Origin: Polyangiaceae bacterium
GTDB lineage: Bacteria > Myxococcota_A > Polyangia > Polyangiales > Polyangiaceae
Assembly (NCBI GenBank): GCA_044222475.1
Contig: JBGANF010000126.1
Coordinates: 1 to 22,985, forward strand
Length of the DNA stretch: 22,985 bases
Direction: 5' to 3'
Shown here: piece after piece, positions 8,307 to 16,813 of the stretch
How positions within the stretch are numbered: the stretch's first letter is position 1
Layout: each line of letters begins with the position of its first letter
Program-made: the position numbers and the translations under genes
The notes under the pieces: generated by a model
What the model saw: the letters and a program-made list of their open reading frames with translations, nothing else
The model's database searches: none
Told to the model about the DNA's origin: nothing

Positions 8307-9317
8307 ATGTCGAACGACGCGATGCTCGATGCTGCGCGAACCGGGGACGGAGTCGCGTTCGAGAGGCTCGTATCGCCGTTTCGGCGTGAGCTCCGGGCCC
8401 ACTGCTATCGGATGTCGGGCTCACTGTCCGACGCCGACGATCTCCTCCAAGAGAGCCTGATTCGCGCGTGGAAGGGTCTGCCGAGCTTCGAGGGGCGGTC
8501 GGCGCTGCGGACGTGGCTGTACAAGGTGACGACGAGCGCGTGCCTCGATGCGCTCGACAAGAGGTCGGCGCGCCTGCTCCCGTTCGACGCTGGGCCTGCC
8601 CACGATCCCACGAAGCCCCTCGGCCCGCCTCGGCCCGAGATCACGTGGCTCGAGCCGTGCCCCGACGACGTGTGGGTGGACGCGCCTCCGTCACCCGAGG
8701 CCAAGTACGGCGCGCGCGAGAGCGTCGCGCTCGCGTTCCTGTCGATGCTCCAGCTGTTGCCGCCGCGTCAGCGCGCCGTGCTGGTTCTTCGGGACGTACT
8801 CGGTTGGCAGGCGACGGAGTGCGCCGAGCTCCTCGACATGTCGGTGCCCGCGGTGAACAGCGCGCTGCAGCGCGCTCGAGAGACGCTCGAAGGGCAGCGC
8901 GCGATCGAGCACGCGCACACGCCACCGGGCGACGCTCGGACGGAGGATCTCCTCGCGCGCTACGTGCGCGCGTGGGAGCTCGCCGACGTGCCCGCGTTGG
9001 TCTCCTTGCTGCACGAAGACGCCACGCTGTCGATGCCGCCGCTGTCGGAGTGGCTGCAAGGTGCGCAGATCATCGGCGGTGCCCTCTCGGCGATGGTTCT
9101 GCCGCCCGGATCGAGCGGCCGGTTCCGCCTCGTCGCGACGCATGCGAACGGGCAACCCGCGCTCGCAGCCTACGAGCGCGACGCCGCCACCGGCGAGATG
9201 CGGGCCGCTGCGATGCACGTCCTCACGATCTCGGGCGGCAAGGTCGCGTCGCTCACCGCGTTCGTCGATCCGTCGCTCTTCACGCGCTTCGGGCTACCCT
9301 CGCGGCTCAACGGTTGA
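8307..9317 (+). CDS. ECF sigma factor, SigG/ECF56-like, with C-terminal SnoaL-like domain
   Basis: RRELRAHCYRMSGSLSDADDLLQESLIRAW...FEGRSALRTWLY; WLEPCPD linker; LPPRQRAVLVLRDVLGW; SnoaL tail LLHEDATLSMPP...ANGQPA. Confidence 0.93.
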   Translation: MSNDAMLDAARTGDGVAFERLVSPFRRELRAHCYRMSGSLSDADDLLQESLIRAWKGLPSFEGRSALRTWLYKVTTSACLDALDKRSARLLPFDAGPAHDPTKPLGPPRPEITWLEPCPDDVWVDAPPSPEAKYGARESVALAFLSMLQLLPPRQRAVLVLRDVLGWQATECAELLDMSVPAVNSALQRARETLEGQRAIEHAHTPPGDARTEDLLARYVRAWELADVPALVSLLHEDATLSMPPLSEWLQGAQIIGGALSAMVLPPGSSGRFRLVATHANGQPALAAYERDAATGEMRAAAMHVLTISGGKVASLTAFVDPSLFTRFGLPSRLNG

Positions 9318-9324
9318 ATCGACG

Positions 9325-9690
9325 TCAGGGCGCCTTCTCGATGAGGACGGCGCCGTCTTCCCGTCCGAACACGAATCCCTTCGGGTCGGCGGTGAACCGC
9401 CATCCGTGCCACGTGTGCGGCTCCGCGCCGACGAGCTCGAACGACTGGGTTTCGCCGCCTGCGGCCACGTCGAGGCGAATCGCGAACACGTGATCCTCCT
9501 TGTTGGGATCGCCGCCGACCGTCACCGACCGCATCGACGCGCCTCGATTGGTCACGACGAGGTCCGTCCCGCTCACGGCGTACGGCGTGTTCGCGACGAG
9601 GAGCTGCGACGTCCCGACGGGTATCGTCGCCGACTTGGAGCACGCGGCGATCAGCATGACGCCGAGAAACCATCGCCGCGCCACCTTCAT
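9325..9690 (-). CDS. Hypothetical lipoprotein
   Basis: MKVARRWFLGVMLIAAC lipobox; TACGAT lies 7 nt before ATG 9690. Confidence 0.7.
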   Translation of the reverse strand: MKVARRWFLGVMLIAACSKSATIPVGTSQLLVANTPYAVSGTDLVVTNRGASMRSVTVGGDPNKEDHVFAIRLDVAAGGETQSFELVGAEPHTWHGWRFTADPKGFVFGREDGAVLIEKAP

Positions 9691-9747
9691 GTGCCGCATC
9701 GTAGCCGGGTTCGAGCGGCCGTGCGCGGGGTGATACCATCCCGCTCG

Positions 9748-9900
9748 ATGCGCCGCGCCCTCGTCACTGCGATCGTCGCGTTCGTGCCGTCCGCGAGGGC
9801 CGGCGATCTGGTGAAGCTCGAGCTCCACGCCATGACGTCACCGGCGCCAGATCACTACCGCTCGTACTCGGCGGCGAGGTGGCGAGGCAAGGCACCCTGA
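9748..9900 (+). pseudogene. Short ORF with signal-peptide-like start; probable gene remnant or leader ORF of the ABC operon
   Basis: MRRALVTAIVAFVPSARA|GD resembles a Sec signal; extended -10 TGaTACCAT lies 8 nt upstream; stop is 2 nt before the ABC ATG. Confidence 0.4.
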
Positions 9901-9902
9901 CG

Positions 9903-10625
9903 ATGACGGAGGGGGCACCGCGTCTCGAGGTCAGCGAGGTCACCGTGAGGGTCGGAACGCTCACCCTCGTCGACGGGGTTTCGTTCACCGCTCGCGCCGG
10001 CGAAGTACTCGTGGTCGTCGGCCCCAACGGAGCGGGGAAGACGACCCTGTTCGAATCGGTGCTCGGACTCCGGTCCCACAGTGGGACGATTCGGATCGAC
10101 GGGACGACGCGCGAGAGCTTCAGCGAGCGCGCTCGGTCGATCGCATTGCTTCCAGACCGGGGTGAGCTACCGCCCGAGGTCACGGTGAGTACGCTCGTCG
10201 AAGATGCGCGACGCTGGGCGAGGCCGAGTCTCCCCGATCTCACGAAGGCACTCGGGATCGAGTCGCTGCTCGGCCGCCCGACGGGAGCTCTCTCGCATGG
10301 CGAGCGCGCCCGAGTGGCGTTGTACCTGGCATTGGCGATCGGCCGGCCCATCGCGCTTCTCGACGAGCCCTTCGGTGCGTTCGACCCGATTCAACTCCGC
10401 GACGTCCTCGACGTCGTGCGCGCCGTGGCAACGCACGGCACGGCGGTCGTCGCGAGCGTGCATCAGCTCGCAGACGCCGAGAAGATCGCGGACCGTGTAC
10501 TCCTTCTCGCTCGCGGTCGTCGTGTCGCGGAGGGCTCTCTCGCCGAGCTTCGCGAGCAGACCGGAGCCACCTCGCTCGAAGAGGCGTTCGTGCGGCTCCT
10601 GAAGAAAGCCGACGATGCGGCGTGA
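9903..10625 (+). CDS. ABC transporter ATP-binding protein
   Basis: Walker A GPNGAGKT, signature variant LSHGE, Walker B LLDEP, H-loop SVHQ. Confidence 0.95.
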   Translation: MTEGAPRLEVSEVTVRVGTLTLVDGVSFTARAGEVLVVVGPNGAGKTTLFESVLGLRSHSGTIRIDGTTRESFSERARSIALLPDRGELPPEVTVSTLVEDARRWARPSLPDLTKALGIESLLGRPTGALSHGERARVALYLALAIGRPIALLDEPFGAFDPIQLRDVLDVVRAVATHGTAVVASVHQLADAEKIADRVLLLARGRRVAEGSLAELREQTGATSLEEAFVRLLKKADDAA

Positions 10626-11925
10626 GCTCGCCATCGTCTTCCGTGCGCGAGCCACGTGGCTCGCGTTGGCCGGTGCCGCGCTTCTCGTCGGGCATGGGGT
10701 CGTTCTCGCGGCCGACGTGTTCGGCGCGAGCTCGCGCTCGGCCCTCGCCAGCGCCCTCCAGTCGCGGGAGATGGACCCACTCGCCGGCCTCGTCCGCCCG
10801 ACGCTGGGAGGCACTGCGCTCGCGATCGCGCTCCTCGTACCTCTCGTGTCCGCGCGTCCGATCGCGTTGGAGAAGGAGCGCGGAACGTACGCCGCGCGAT
10901 GCGTCGCCATGGCATCGACGACCCGTGTCGTGTTGGAGAAGGCCGCCGCCGGCATTCTCGGTGCGCTCGCGTTCGTGGTGCCTCCCCTCGTTCTGCTGAG
11001 CGTGGTCGGCATGGTGGGTGCGCACCTCGACCCGATCGAGACCGGGGTCGCTCTGCTCGGAGAAGTTCTTCGCGCGCTCGTCGTTGCGTCGATCGCAACG
11101 GCGGCCGCCGCTTGGACGCGAAGCCTCGCGCAGGCGGCGACGGTCGCGATCGCCGTTTCGCTCGGGTCGTGGGCGATCGACGCCGCCGATGGTTTTGCCG
11201 CCCTCGCCTGGCTCGGGGGCGCGGCGGCATGGTCGTTGGATGCGCGGCTGGCGCCGTTCGCTCGAGGTGTCGTTTCGATCGGATCGCTCGCCTGGCTCGC
11301 GGTCGGCGTCGTGGGTTCGCTCGGGCTTGCGGTCGTCGGCGGCTCGTACGCGCCGCCGCGCCGCCGCTTCGTTGCGTCGGCTGCGATCGTCGGCGTCGCC
11401 GCGCTCTCGATGTTCGCTGCGTCTCGCGTTCATCGCGCGTACGACTGGACGGAGCAGCGACGTGCGTCGCTCCCGCCGGCGGTCGTCGCCGAGCTCCGAG
11501 CGATGCCGGAGCCGATCGAGATCGAGATCTTCCTGGACGGTGACGACTCGCGGCGCCGCCAGCTCGAGAGCGACGTCATCCCGAAGCTGACCCTCGCGCG
11601 CCCCGATCTGGTGCTTCGGACGCCGCTGGATGAGCGAGATCGGAGGGCTGTCGAGCGCGACGAAGACTACGGCCGGATCGTCGTGCACGCAGGGACGGGC
11701 TCTCGCGAGACGCGCTCCACGAGCCGGCGGGAGATCGTCACGCTGGTGCTCGAGGCCGGCGGACGAGGGTCGATACCATCGTGGGACATGCCGCCATACC
11801 CGGGCTACCCTGCGGTGATTCAGGGTGGACGAAGGGCCGCGCTTGCGATCGTCGCGTACATCGCGCTCCCGTTGACGATCGTCGCGATAGGCGTGGTGCT
11901 ATCGAGAAGGAGGACATCGAGATGA
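10615..11925 (+). CDS. ABC-2 type permease fused to a GldG-like extracytoplasmic domain
   Basis: Multiple TM segments, IALEKERGT motif, YDWTEQRRASLPP...LRAMPEPIEIEIF (GldG N-terminal-like), C-terminal TM; overlaps the ATPase stop. Confidence 0.8.
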   Translation: MRRELAIVFRARATWLALAGAALLVGHGVVLAADVFGASSRSALASALQSREMDPLAGLVRPTLGGTALAIALLVPLVSARPIALEKERGTYAARCVAMASTTRVVLEKAAAGILGALAFVVPPLVLLSVVGMVGAHLDPIETGVALLGEVLRALVVASIATAAAAWTRSLAQAATVAIAVSLGSWAIDAADGFAALAWLGGAAAWSLDARLAPFARGVVSIGSLAWLAVGVVGSLGLAVVGGSYAPPRRRFVASAAIVGVAALSMFAASRVHRAYDWTEQRRASLPPAVVAELRAMPEPIEIEIFLDGDDSRRRQLESDVIPKLTLARPDLVLRTPLDERDRRAVERDEDYGRIVVHAGTGSRETRSTSRREIVTLVLEAGGRGSIPSWDMPPYPGYPAVIQGGRRAALAIVAYIALPLTIVAIGVVLSRRRTSR

Positions 11926-12710
11926 AGCGGTGCGTCGTCGTTTCGGTCTTGCTCGCGGCGTGCGACCGCTCGGCGTCCGTCGCTCCGGCCGTGACGCACC
12001 AGCCGAGCGTGGTCGCGGCTCCGTCGCAGTCCGCACTTCCCGCCCTGCCGCTCGTCGATGCCGCCCTCGCGCCATCGGCGGTCACGTTCGACACCGAGGT
12101 CGTCGGGGCGCCGTCGCCGTCGTTCGAGGCGGTCGTCGGCGACTGGTACGTCGGCGAAGCGGGCGGCGCTCGGGGGCTCGAGGTCGACGGAAGCAAGTGG
12201 CGGAGCGGTACCCCCTCGGTGAACCTCGCAGACCAAGCGAAGCACCTCTACGGGGATCGTTACGCCGAGTTTCTCGACGGCGTGAAAGCGTTCGCGTTCT
12301 TTCCGCTCGCGGTGTGGAAGGAGGAACCCAAGCCTGGCGACCTGCGGATCTCGGTGCGGTTCCATCCGCTCGCGGGGCAGGTCGACCAAGCCGCCGGGAT
12401 CGCGTTTGGGATCGAACCCAACGGCAACTACCTGGGCGTTCGAGCGAATGCGCTGGAAGACAACTTGCTCTTCTTCCGCGTCGAGAAGGGCAAGCGCACG
12501 GTGATCGACAACGTCCGTGCCGTCTCGACTCCGACGAAGACATGGCACACCCTGGTCCTCGAGCTCCGAGCGAAGAACCTCTCGGTTCAGGTCGACGGAC
12601 GAGAGCGGTTCACGAAGACGCTCGACGCCGTTCCGTCGGGTCGAGTCGGCCTCTGGTCGAAGGCGGACTCGCAGGTGTTGTTCGACGACTTCGCGGTCAC
12701 TTCGCCATGA
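11922..12710 (+). CDS. Lipoprotein with DUF1080/ConA-like domain
   Basis: SD AGGAGGA, ATGA overlap, lipobox LAAC; GQVDQAAGIAFG...NYL.VRANALEDN...WHTL...GRVGLWSKADS..LFDDF. Confidence 0.8.
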   Translation: MKRCVVVSVLLAACDRSASVAPAVTHQPSVVAAPSQSALPALPLVDAALAPSAVTFDTEVVGAPSPSFEAVVGDWYVGEAGGARGLEVDGSKWRSGTPSVNLADQAKHLYGDRYAEFLDGVKAFAFFPLAVWKEEPKPGDLRISVRFHPLAGQVDQAAGIAFGIEPNGNYLGVRANALEDNLLFFRVEKGKRTVIDNVRAVSTPTKTWHTLVLELRAKNLSVQVDGRERFTKTLDAVPSGRVGLWSKADSQVLFDDFAVTSP

Positions 12711-13093
12711 TCGCCCACTTCATCCTCTACGTTCGCGACCAAGCAGCGAGCGCTCGGTTCTATCGAGCCGTGCTCGGCGTCGCGCCGCGGCTCGACGTCC
12801 CCGGCATGACGGAGCTCGAGCTCGGCGGTGCCGTGCTCGGGTTGATGCCCGAGGCGGGCATCCGTCGACTCCTCGGCGACGCGCTACCCGATCCGGCGTC
12901 GGCGAATGGCGTGCCGCGAGCGGAGCTCTACCTCGTCGTCGACGACCCGGCGTCGTTTCACCGGCGTGCGATCGAGGCGGGCGCGCGCGAGATCTCCGCG
13001 CTCGCTCCACGCGACTGGGGCCACGAAGCGGCTTACAGCCTCGACCCCGACGGTCACGTGCTCGCGTTCGCCCGCGTGGGCAGCGCGAAGTGA
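12707..13093 (+). CDS. VOC family (glyoxalase) protein
   Basis: ATGA overlap; ILYVRDQAASARFYRAVLG...RDWGHEAAYSLDPDGHVLAF. Confidence 0.92.
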   Translation: MIAHFILYVRDQAASARFYRAVLGVAPRLDVPGMTELELGGAVLGLMPEAGIRRLLGDALPDPASANGVPRAELYLVVDDPASFHRRAIEAGAREISALAPRDWGHEAAYSLDPDGHVLAFARVGSAK

Positions 13094-14085
13094 GGGAAGA
13101 ATCGAGTGTCGAGGAATGCCGTCAACGACCTCAGCCGAACCGCCCGTTCACCCGAGATCGCGAGGACGTGGATCGCGAACGGCGCGTACGCTCCGTCCGC
13201 CTCTCGGCGGTAGAGCGCGATCGCGGGGAGACCGTTCGCCTCCGTCGTCACCCCGCGGAAGTGCCCGCGGCGCCCGCCTCCCAGGCTCGCGAACACCATC
13301 GCATCGAGCGACTCGGTGATCGACGCGGGGCCGCGCATCCACATCGGGAGCGGCGGCATCGACATCGTCGCGTCTTCGTGGAGCAGCTCGACGAGCGCCT
13401 TCGCGTCGGCGCGATCCCACGCGTCGACGTAGCGGGCGACGAGGACGCGCGTCGCGTCTTCGCTCGGCGCCATCGGTGACCACGCCGGCGTGCGCTCGGC
13501 GATCGACTCGCGCGCGCGCCGGAGCGCACTCTCGATCGACGTCGCGCTCGAATCGAGCACGCTCGCGCACTCTTCGGCGCTCCACCCGAGGACGTCGCAC
13601 GCGATCAACGTCGCACGTTGCTTCGGCGGAAGGAGCTGCAACGCCGCGAGGAACGCGAAGGCCACGCTCTCGCGTGCGCTGTAGCGAGCCTCGGGTGACG
13701 TTGGAGCGTCGACGTAGATCTCCGCGGGGCACGGCCCGAGGTAGTCGTCCATGTCACCGGGGGGCGCGGAGTCGAGCGCGCCGGCGGGAGGCCCTTGGTC
13801 TTCGGCGCGCTTTCGCGCCGTACGGTTCTTGAGTCGATCGATGCACGCGCTCGACGCGACGCGGTAGAGCCACGTGCGCAGGTTCGCGCGCCCGTCGAAC
13901 CCGGGCAGGCCGCGCCATGCCCGGAGCAAGCTCTCCTGGAGCAAGTCGTCGGCGTCGTCGATCGAGCCCGCCATCCGGTAGCAGTACGCGCGGAGCTCTC
14001 GCTGGTAGGGCGCGACGACCGCGCCGAACGCCCGTTCGTCGCCTTGGCGGGCGGCCGTGAGCTCGGGTGAAGAAAAAGTGGGCAT
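13054..14085 (-). CDS. Second SigG/ECF56-like ECF sigma factor with C-terminal SnoaL-like domain
   Basis: QRELRAYCYRMAGSIDDADDLLQESLLRAW; LPPKQRATLIACDVLGW; LLHEDATMSMPP...ANGLPA. TAGGTT lies 6 nt before the ATG. Confidence 0.93.
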   Translation of the reverse strand: MPTFSSPELTAARQGDERAFGAVVAPYQRELRAYCYRMAGSIDDADDLLQESLLRAWRGLPGFDGRANLRTWLYRVASSACIDRLKNRTARKRAEDQGPPAGALDSAPPGDMDDYLGPCPAEIYVDAPTSPEARYSARESVAFAFLAALQLLPPKQRATLIACDVLGWSAEECASVLDSSATSIESALRRARESIAERTPAWSPMAPSEDATRVLVARYVDAWDRADAKALVELLHEDATMSMPPLPMWMRGPASITESLDAMVFASLGGGRRGHFRGVTTEANGLPAIALYRREADGAYAPFAIHVLAISGERAVRLRSLTAFLDTRFFPHFALPTRANAST

Positions 14086-14098
14086 CGGCTCAACCTAG

Positions 14099-14129
14099 CG
14101 ACGACTTTCGAAAGCGCACGTCGTCCATA
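14099..14129 (+). promoter_or_regulatory. Putative SigG-type ECF promoter CGACGA-N18-GTCCATA
   Basis: One mismatch to the M. tuberculosis SigG consensus as I recall it (CGATGA-N18-GTCNNTA); sits between the SigG-like gene and its divergent neighbour. Confidence 0.65.
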
Positions 14130-14150
14130 CGAAGCGAAGGAGACATTCCC

Positions 14151-14585
14151 ATGGATACCAGCAAGCTCGAAGCCAACAAGAACCTGGTGCGCCGCTTCGT
14201 CGACGAGGTGAAGAACCAGCGCAAGCTCGACAAGCTCGGCGACTACTTCGTCACCGACTACAAGGAGCACAACCCCGTGGTGGCGTCGTTTGGCCCGGGC
14301 CTGTCCGGTTACCAGCGCTTTCTGGGGCACCTCTTCGAGGCGTTCCCCGACGACAAGGTCACGATCGAGCTCCTCACCGCCGACGGCGACATGGTGTCCT
14401 ACCGAGCGAGCGAGAACGGCACGCACCGCGCGGAGTTCCTCAAGATCCCGGCAACCGGCAAGCACGCGACCTGGACCGAGATTCAGTTCTTCCGAGTCAA
14501 GGACGGCAAGGTCGTCGAGCACTGGGTCGACGTCGACATCTTCGGCTGGTTTCAGCAGCTCGGTGTCATCCCGCCGATGGGGTGA
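14151..14585 (+). CDS. SnoaL-like ester cyclase family protein
   Basis: SD AAGGAGA; EANKNLVRRFVDEV...AFPD..VTIE...DGDMV....GTHRAEFLKIPATGK...FRVKDGKVVEHW. Confidence 0.92.
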   Translation: MDTSKLEANKNLVRRFVDEVKNQRKLDKLGDYFVTDYKEHNPVVASFGPGLSGYQRFLGHLFEAFPDDKVTIELLTADGDMVSYRASENGTHRAEFLKIPATGKHATWTEIQFFRVKDGKVVEHWVDVDIFGWFQQLGVIPPMG

Positions 14586-14597
14586 CGCCCGACGTCG

Positions 14598-16784
14598 TCA
14601 CAAGCGGAGGACCGAGACGATCGAGCTGCGTTCGTCGGTCCAGCCGCGGAAACCCGGCCGTTGGACGATCGGCTTCCAATCCGGCCCGAGCGCGTCGAGC
14701 GCTGCGGGGTCTTTCGCCATCGCGGCCCAAGAAGATGGAGTGCGGCCCGCGGCGGCGTCCTCTGGTGTGATGTCGATGTCGCGTCGGACTCGCGCTGCCC
14801 ATCCTTGCGATGCCGCTAGCGCGGCGAGCACCGGTTGAAGATCGATGCTCCGGTTGGAGATGTGCCAACCGATGATGCCGTGGGGAGCCATCTTCGTCAC
14901 GTAGAGCGCCATCGCTTCCTCGGTGACGAGGTGGACCGGTATCGAGTCGCTGTTGAACGCGTCCAGAATGAACAACCCGAAGCCTCCGGTGTCCCGTCCG
15001 AGCTCGAGGCGCGCGTCACCGAGAACGATGTTCAGTCCGCGCCCGCCCGGAAACGCGTCGCTCAAGTACGTGAACAAGTTCGAGTCACGCGCGATGCGCA
15101 CGACGGCTGGGTTGATCTCGAAGAACGTCCATTCGTCACCCGGTCTGGCATAGGCGGCGATCGTCCCGGTACCGAGGCCGATCACGCCGACACGCCGCGG
15201 CAGCTCGGGCATCGCGTCGTACGCGCGAAAGACGTCGCCCACCGGTCCCATTCGCGTGAAATAGGCTCGAGGCTCGCGCTTCCCGGATGGGTCGATCGAT
15301 TGCACACCGTGAATCGTGGTCCCGTGGTTCAGCTGAGTCCATCGACCGCTCGGATCGTGGGTGACGGTGAGCGCGCCGAAGAAGTTCCGATCTCGAACGA
15401 GGACGTCTCCATACGGAGAAGGAAAGAACGTCGACCCGACGAGAACCGCCCCGATCGCGGCGGCAAAGCGGAGCGGTCGCGCGGTGAAGCGATACGCAAT
15501 GAACAACGGCACCACGGGGAGCAGCGTCAGTGCGACGCGCAGCGGAATCGGAAGGTGACTGGCGGCGACGCCGAGGAGAACCGTTCCGCCGAGCACGACG
15601 GCCGGCAAGAGCACGTCGCGTCGCCCTTCGTTGGCGTCCACGTCTCCGGTCTCGTCGCTCGTGCCCGACCGGGCCAGGAGCGCGAGGACCACGCAGGCCG
15701 GGTACTCGATCGCTCGCGTTGCGATCATGGGAACGACGATCGCAACGGCGAGGCCGCCGACGAACCCACCGATCGACATCCAGACGTAGAACTCGGCGAG
15801 TCGTCCCGGTTCGGGACGATCGCGAGCGAGCTCGCCGTGGCAGAGCATGCATGCCGCGAAGAAGCCGAGCACGTGGAGCGGGATGATGACGAAGATCGGG
15901 TCGCTCGCCGAGGTTGCGATCGTGTACGCAGTGATGGTCGCGAAGAGGGGGAGCAGCCGGTGGACTCGGGCGTGCGGGATGAGCGGCTTGGTCGCGAAGA
16001 CGAAGACGAAGCTGAGGAGGTAGACGGCGAGCGGCGCCACCCAGAGAAACGGCGTCGGCGTGACGTCGGTCGTGATGTGTGCGGTGACTGCCACGAGGTA
16101 CGCCGAGGGGACGGCGGAGAGAAACACCCAGCGCAAGCGACGGCGGCGCGAGACAGGCGGTGAGCTCGTCGCCTCGAAGGTCATCGGTTTCGCCAGACGC
16201 AGCGTGGCCACGGCGCATCCGACGACTAGCGCGCCGAGCGCGAAATACCCGAGGCGCAGCATTGCTGCTTGCTCCTCGAGCCCGAAGCGCGGCTCGAACA
16301 AAAGTGGATAGAGCGCCAGCGCGCCGAGCGAGCCGACATTGCTCGCCGCGTAGAGGAAGTAGGGATCGGCCGCCCGTGTCGCTCCGGTCGTCGAGTACCA
16401 ACGCTGGAGCGTCGGTGCCATCGTCGACAGGGCGAAGAAAGGAAGACCCGCGCCGATCGTCAAGATCGCGAGTACCTGACCGACCGGGCCCAGACTGCCG
16501 AACCGCTCGGCGAGGCGCTCGTCGATCACGATGGGCATCACGAGTAGCGGGGCGGCGACCACCACGAGCTGGACGATCGCCTGCTTCTTCGGCCCGAGCA
16601 GGCGCAGCGAGCCGAGGGCAAAGACGTAGCCGAGGAGCAGCGCGCCCTGGAAGAACACGAGGCACGTGTTCCATACCGCCGGCACTCCGCCGAGAAGCGG
16701 CAGGAGCATCTTCGCGACCATCGGCTCGATGCAGAAGAGCAGGAACGCGCTGACGAGGAGAGTGAGCGAGAAGAGGATCGGCAT
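14598..16784 (-). CDS. Membrane-fused spermidine-synthase-like SAM-dependent transferase (fused MFS/spermidine synthase family)
   Basis: SAFLLFCIEPMVAKMLLPLLGGVPAVW, DPYFLYAASNVGS, CHGELARDRP, RNFFG, HGTTIHG.Q, VIGLGTGT, FEINPAV, GDARL, DAFNSDSIPVHL. Start placed at MPILF (16784). Confidence 0.9.
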   Translation of the reverse strand: MPILFSLTLLVSAFLLFCIEPMVAKMLLPLLGGVPAVWNTCLVFFQGALLLGYVFALGSLRLLGPKKQAIVQLVVVAAPLLVMPIVIDERLAERFGSLGPVGQVLAILTIGAGLPFFALSTMAPTLQRWYSTTGATRAADPYFLYAASNVGSLGALALYPLLFEPRFGLEEQAAMLRLGYFALGALVVGCAVATLRLAKPMTFEATSSPPVSRRRRLRWVFLSAVPSAYLVAVTAHITTDVTPTPFLWVAPLAVYLLSFVFVFATKPLIPHARVHRLLPLFATITAYTIATSASDPIFVIIPLHVLGFFAACMLCHGELARDRPEPGRLAEFYVWMSIGGFVGGLAVAIVVPMIATRAIEYPACVVLALLARSGTSDETGDVDANEGRRDVLLPAVVLGGTVLLGVAASHLPIPLRVALTLLPVVPLFIAYRFTARPLRFAAAIGAVLVGSTFFPSPYGDVLVRDRNFFGALTVTHDPSGRWTQLNHGTTIHGVQSIDPSGKREPRAYFTRMGPVGDVFRAYDAMPELPRRVGVIGLGTGTIAAYARPGDEWTFFEINPAVVRIARDSNLFTYLSDAFPGGRGLNIVLGDARLELGRDTGGFGLFILDAFNSDSIPVHLVTEEAMALYVTKMAPHGIIGWHISNRSIDLQPVLAALAASQGWAARVRRDIDITPEDAAAGRTPSSWAAMAKDPAALDALGPDWKPIVQRPGFRGWTDERSSIVSVLRL

Positions 16785-16813
16785 ACGGCGGTCGCCCCCT
16801 CCCCCGATGCCGG

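Noticed and set aside
12684..12710. CGACGA upstream of the second VOC gene as a SigG -35
   Set aside because: No GTC follows at 18 nt, and the gene is translationally coupled within an operon.
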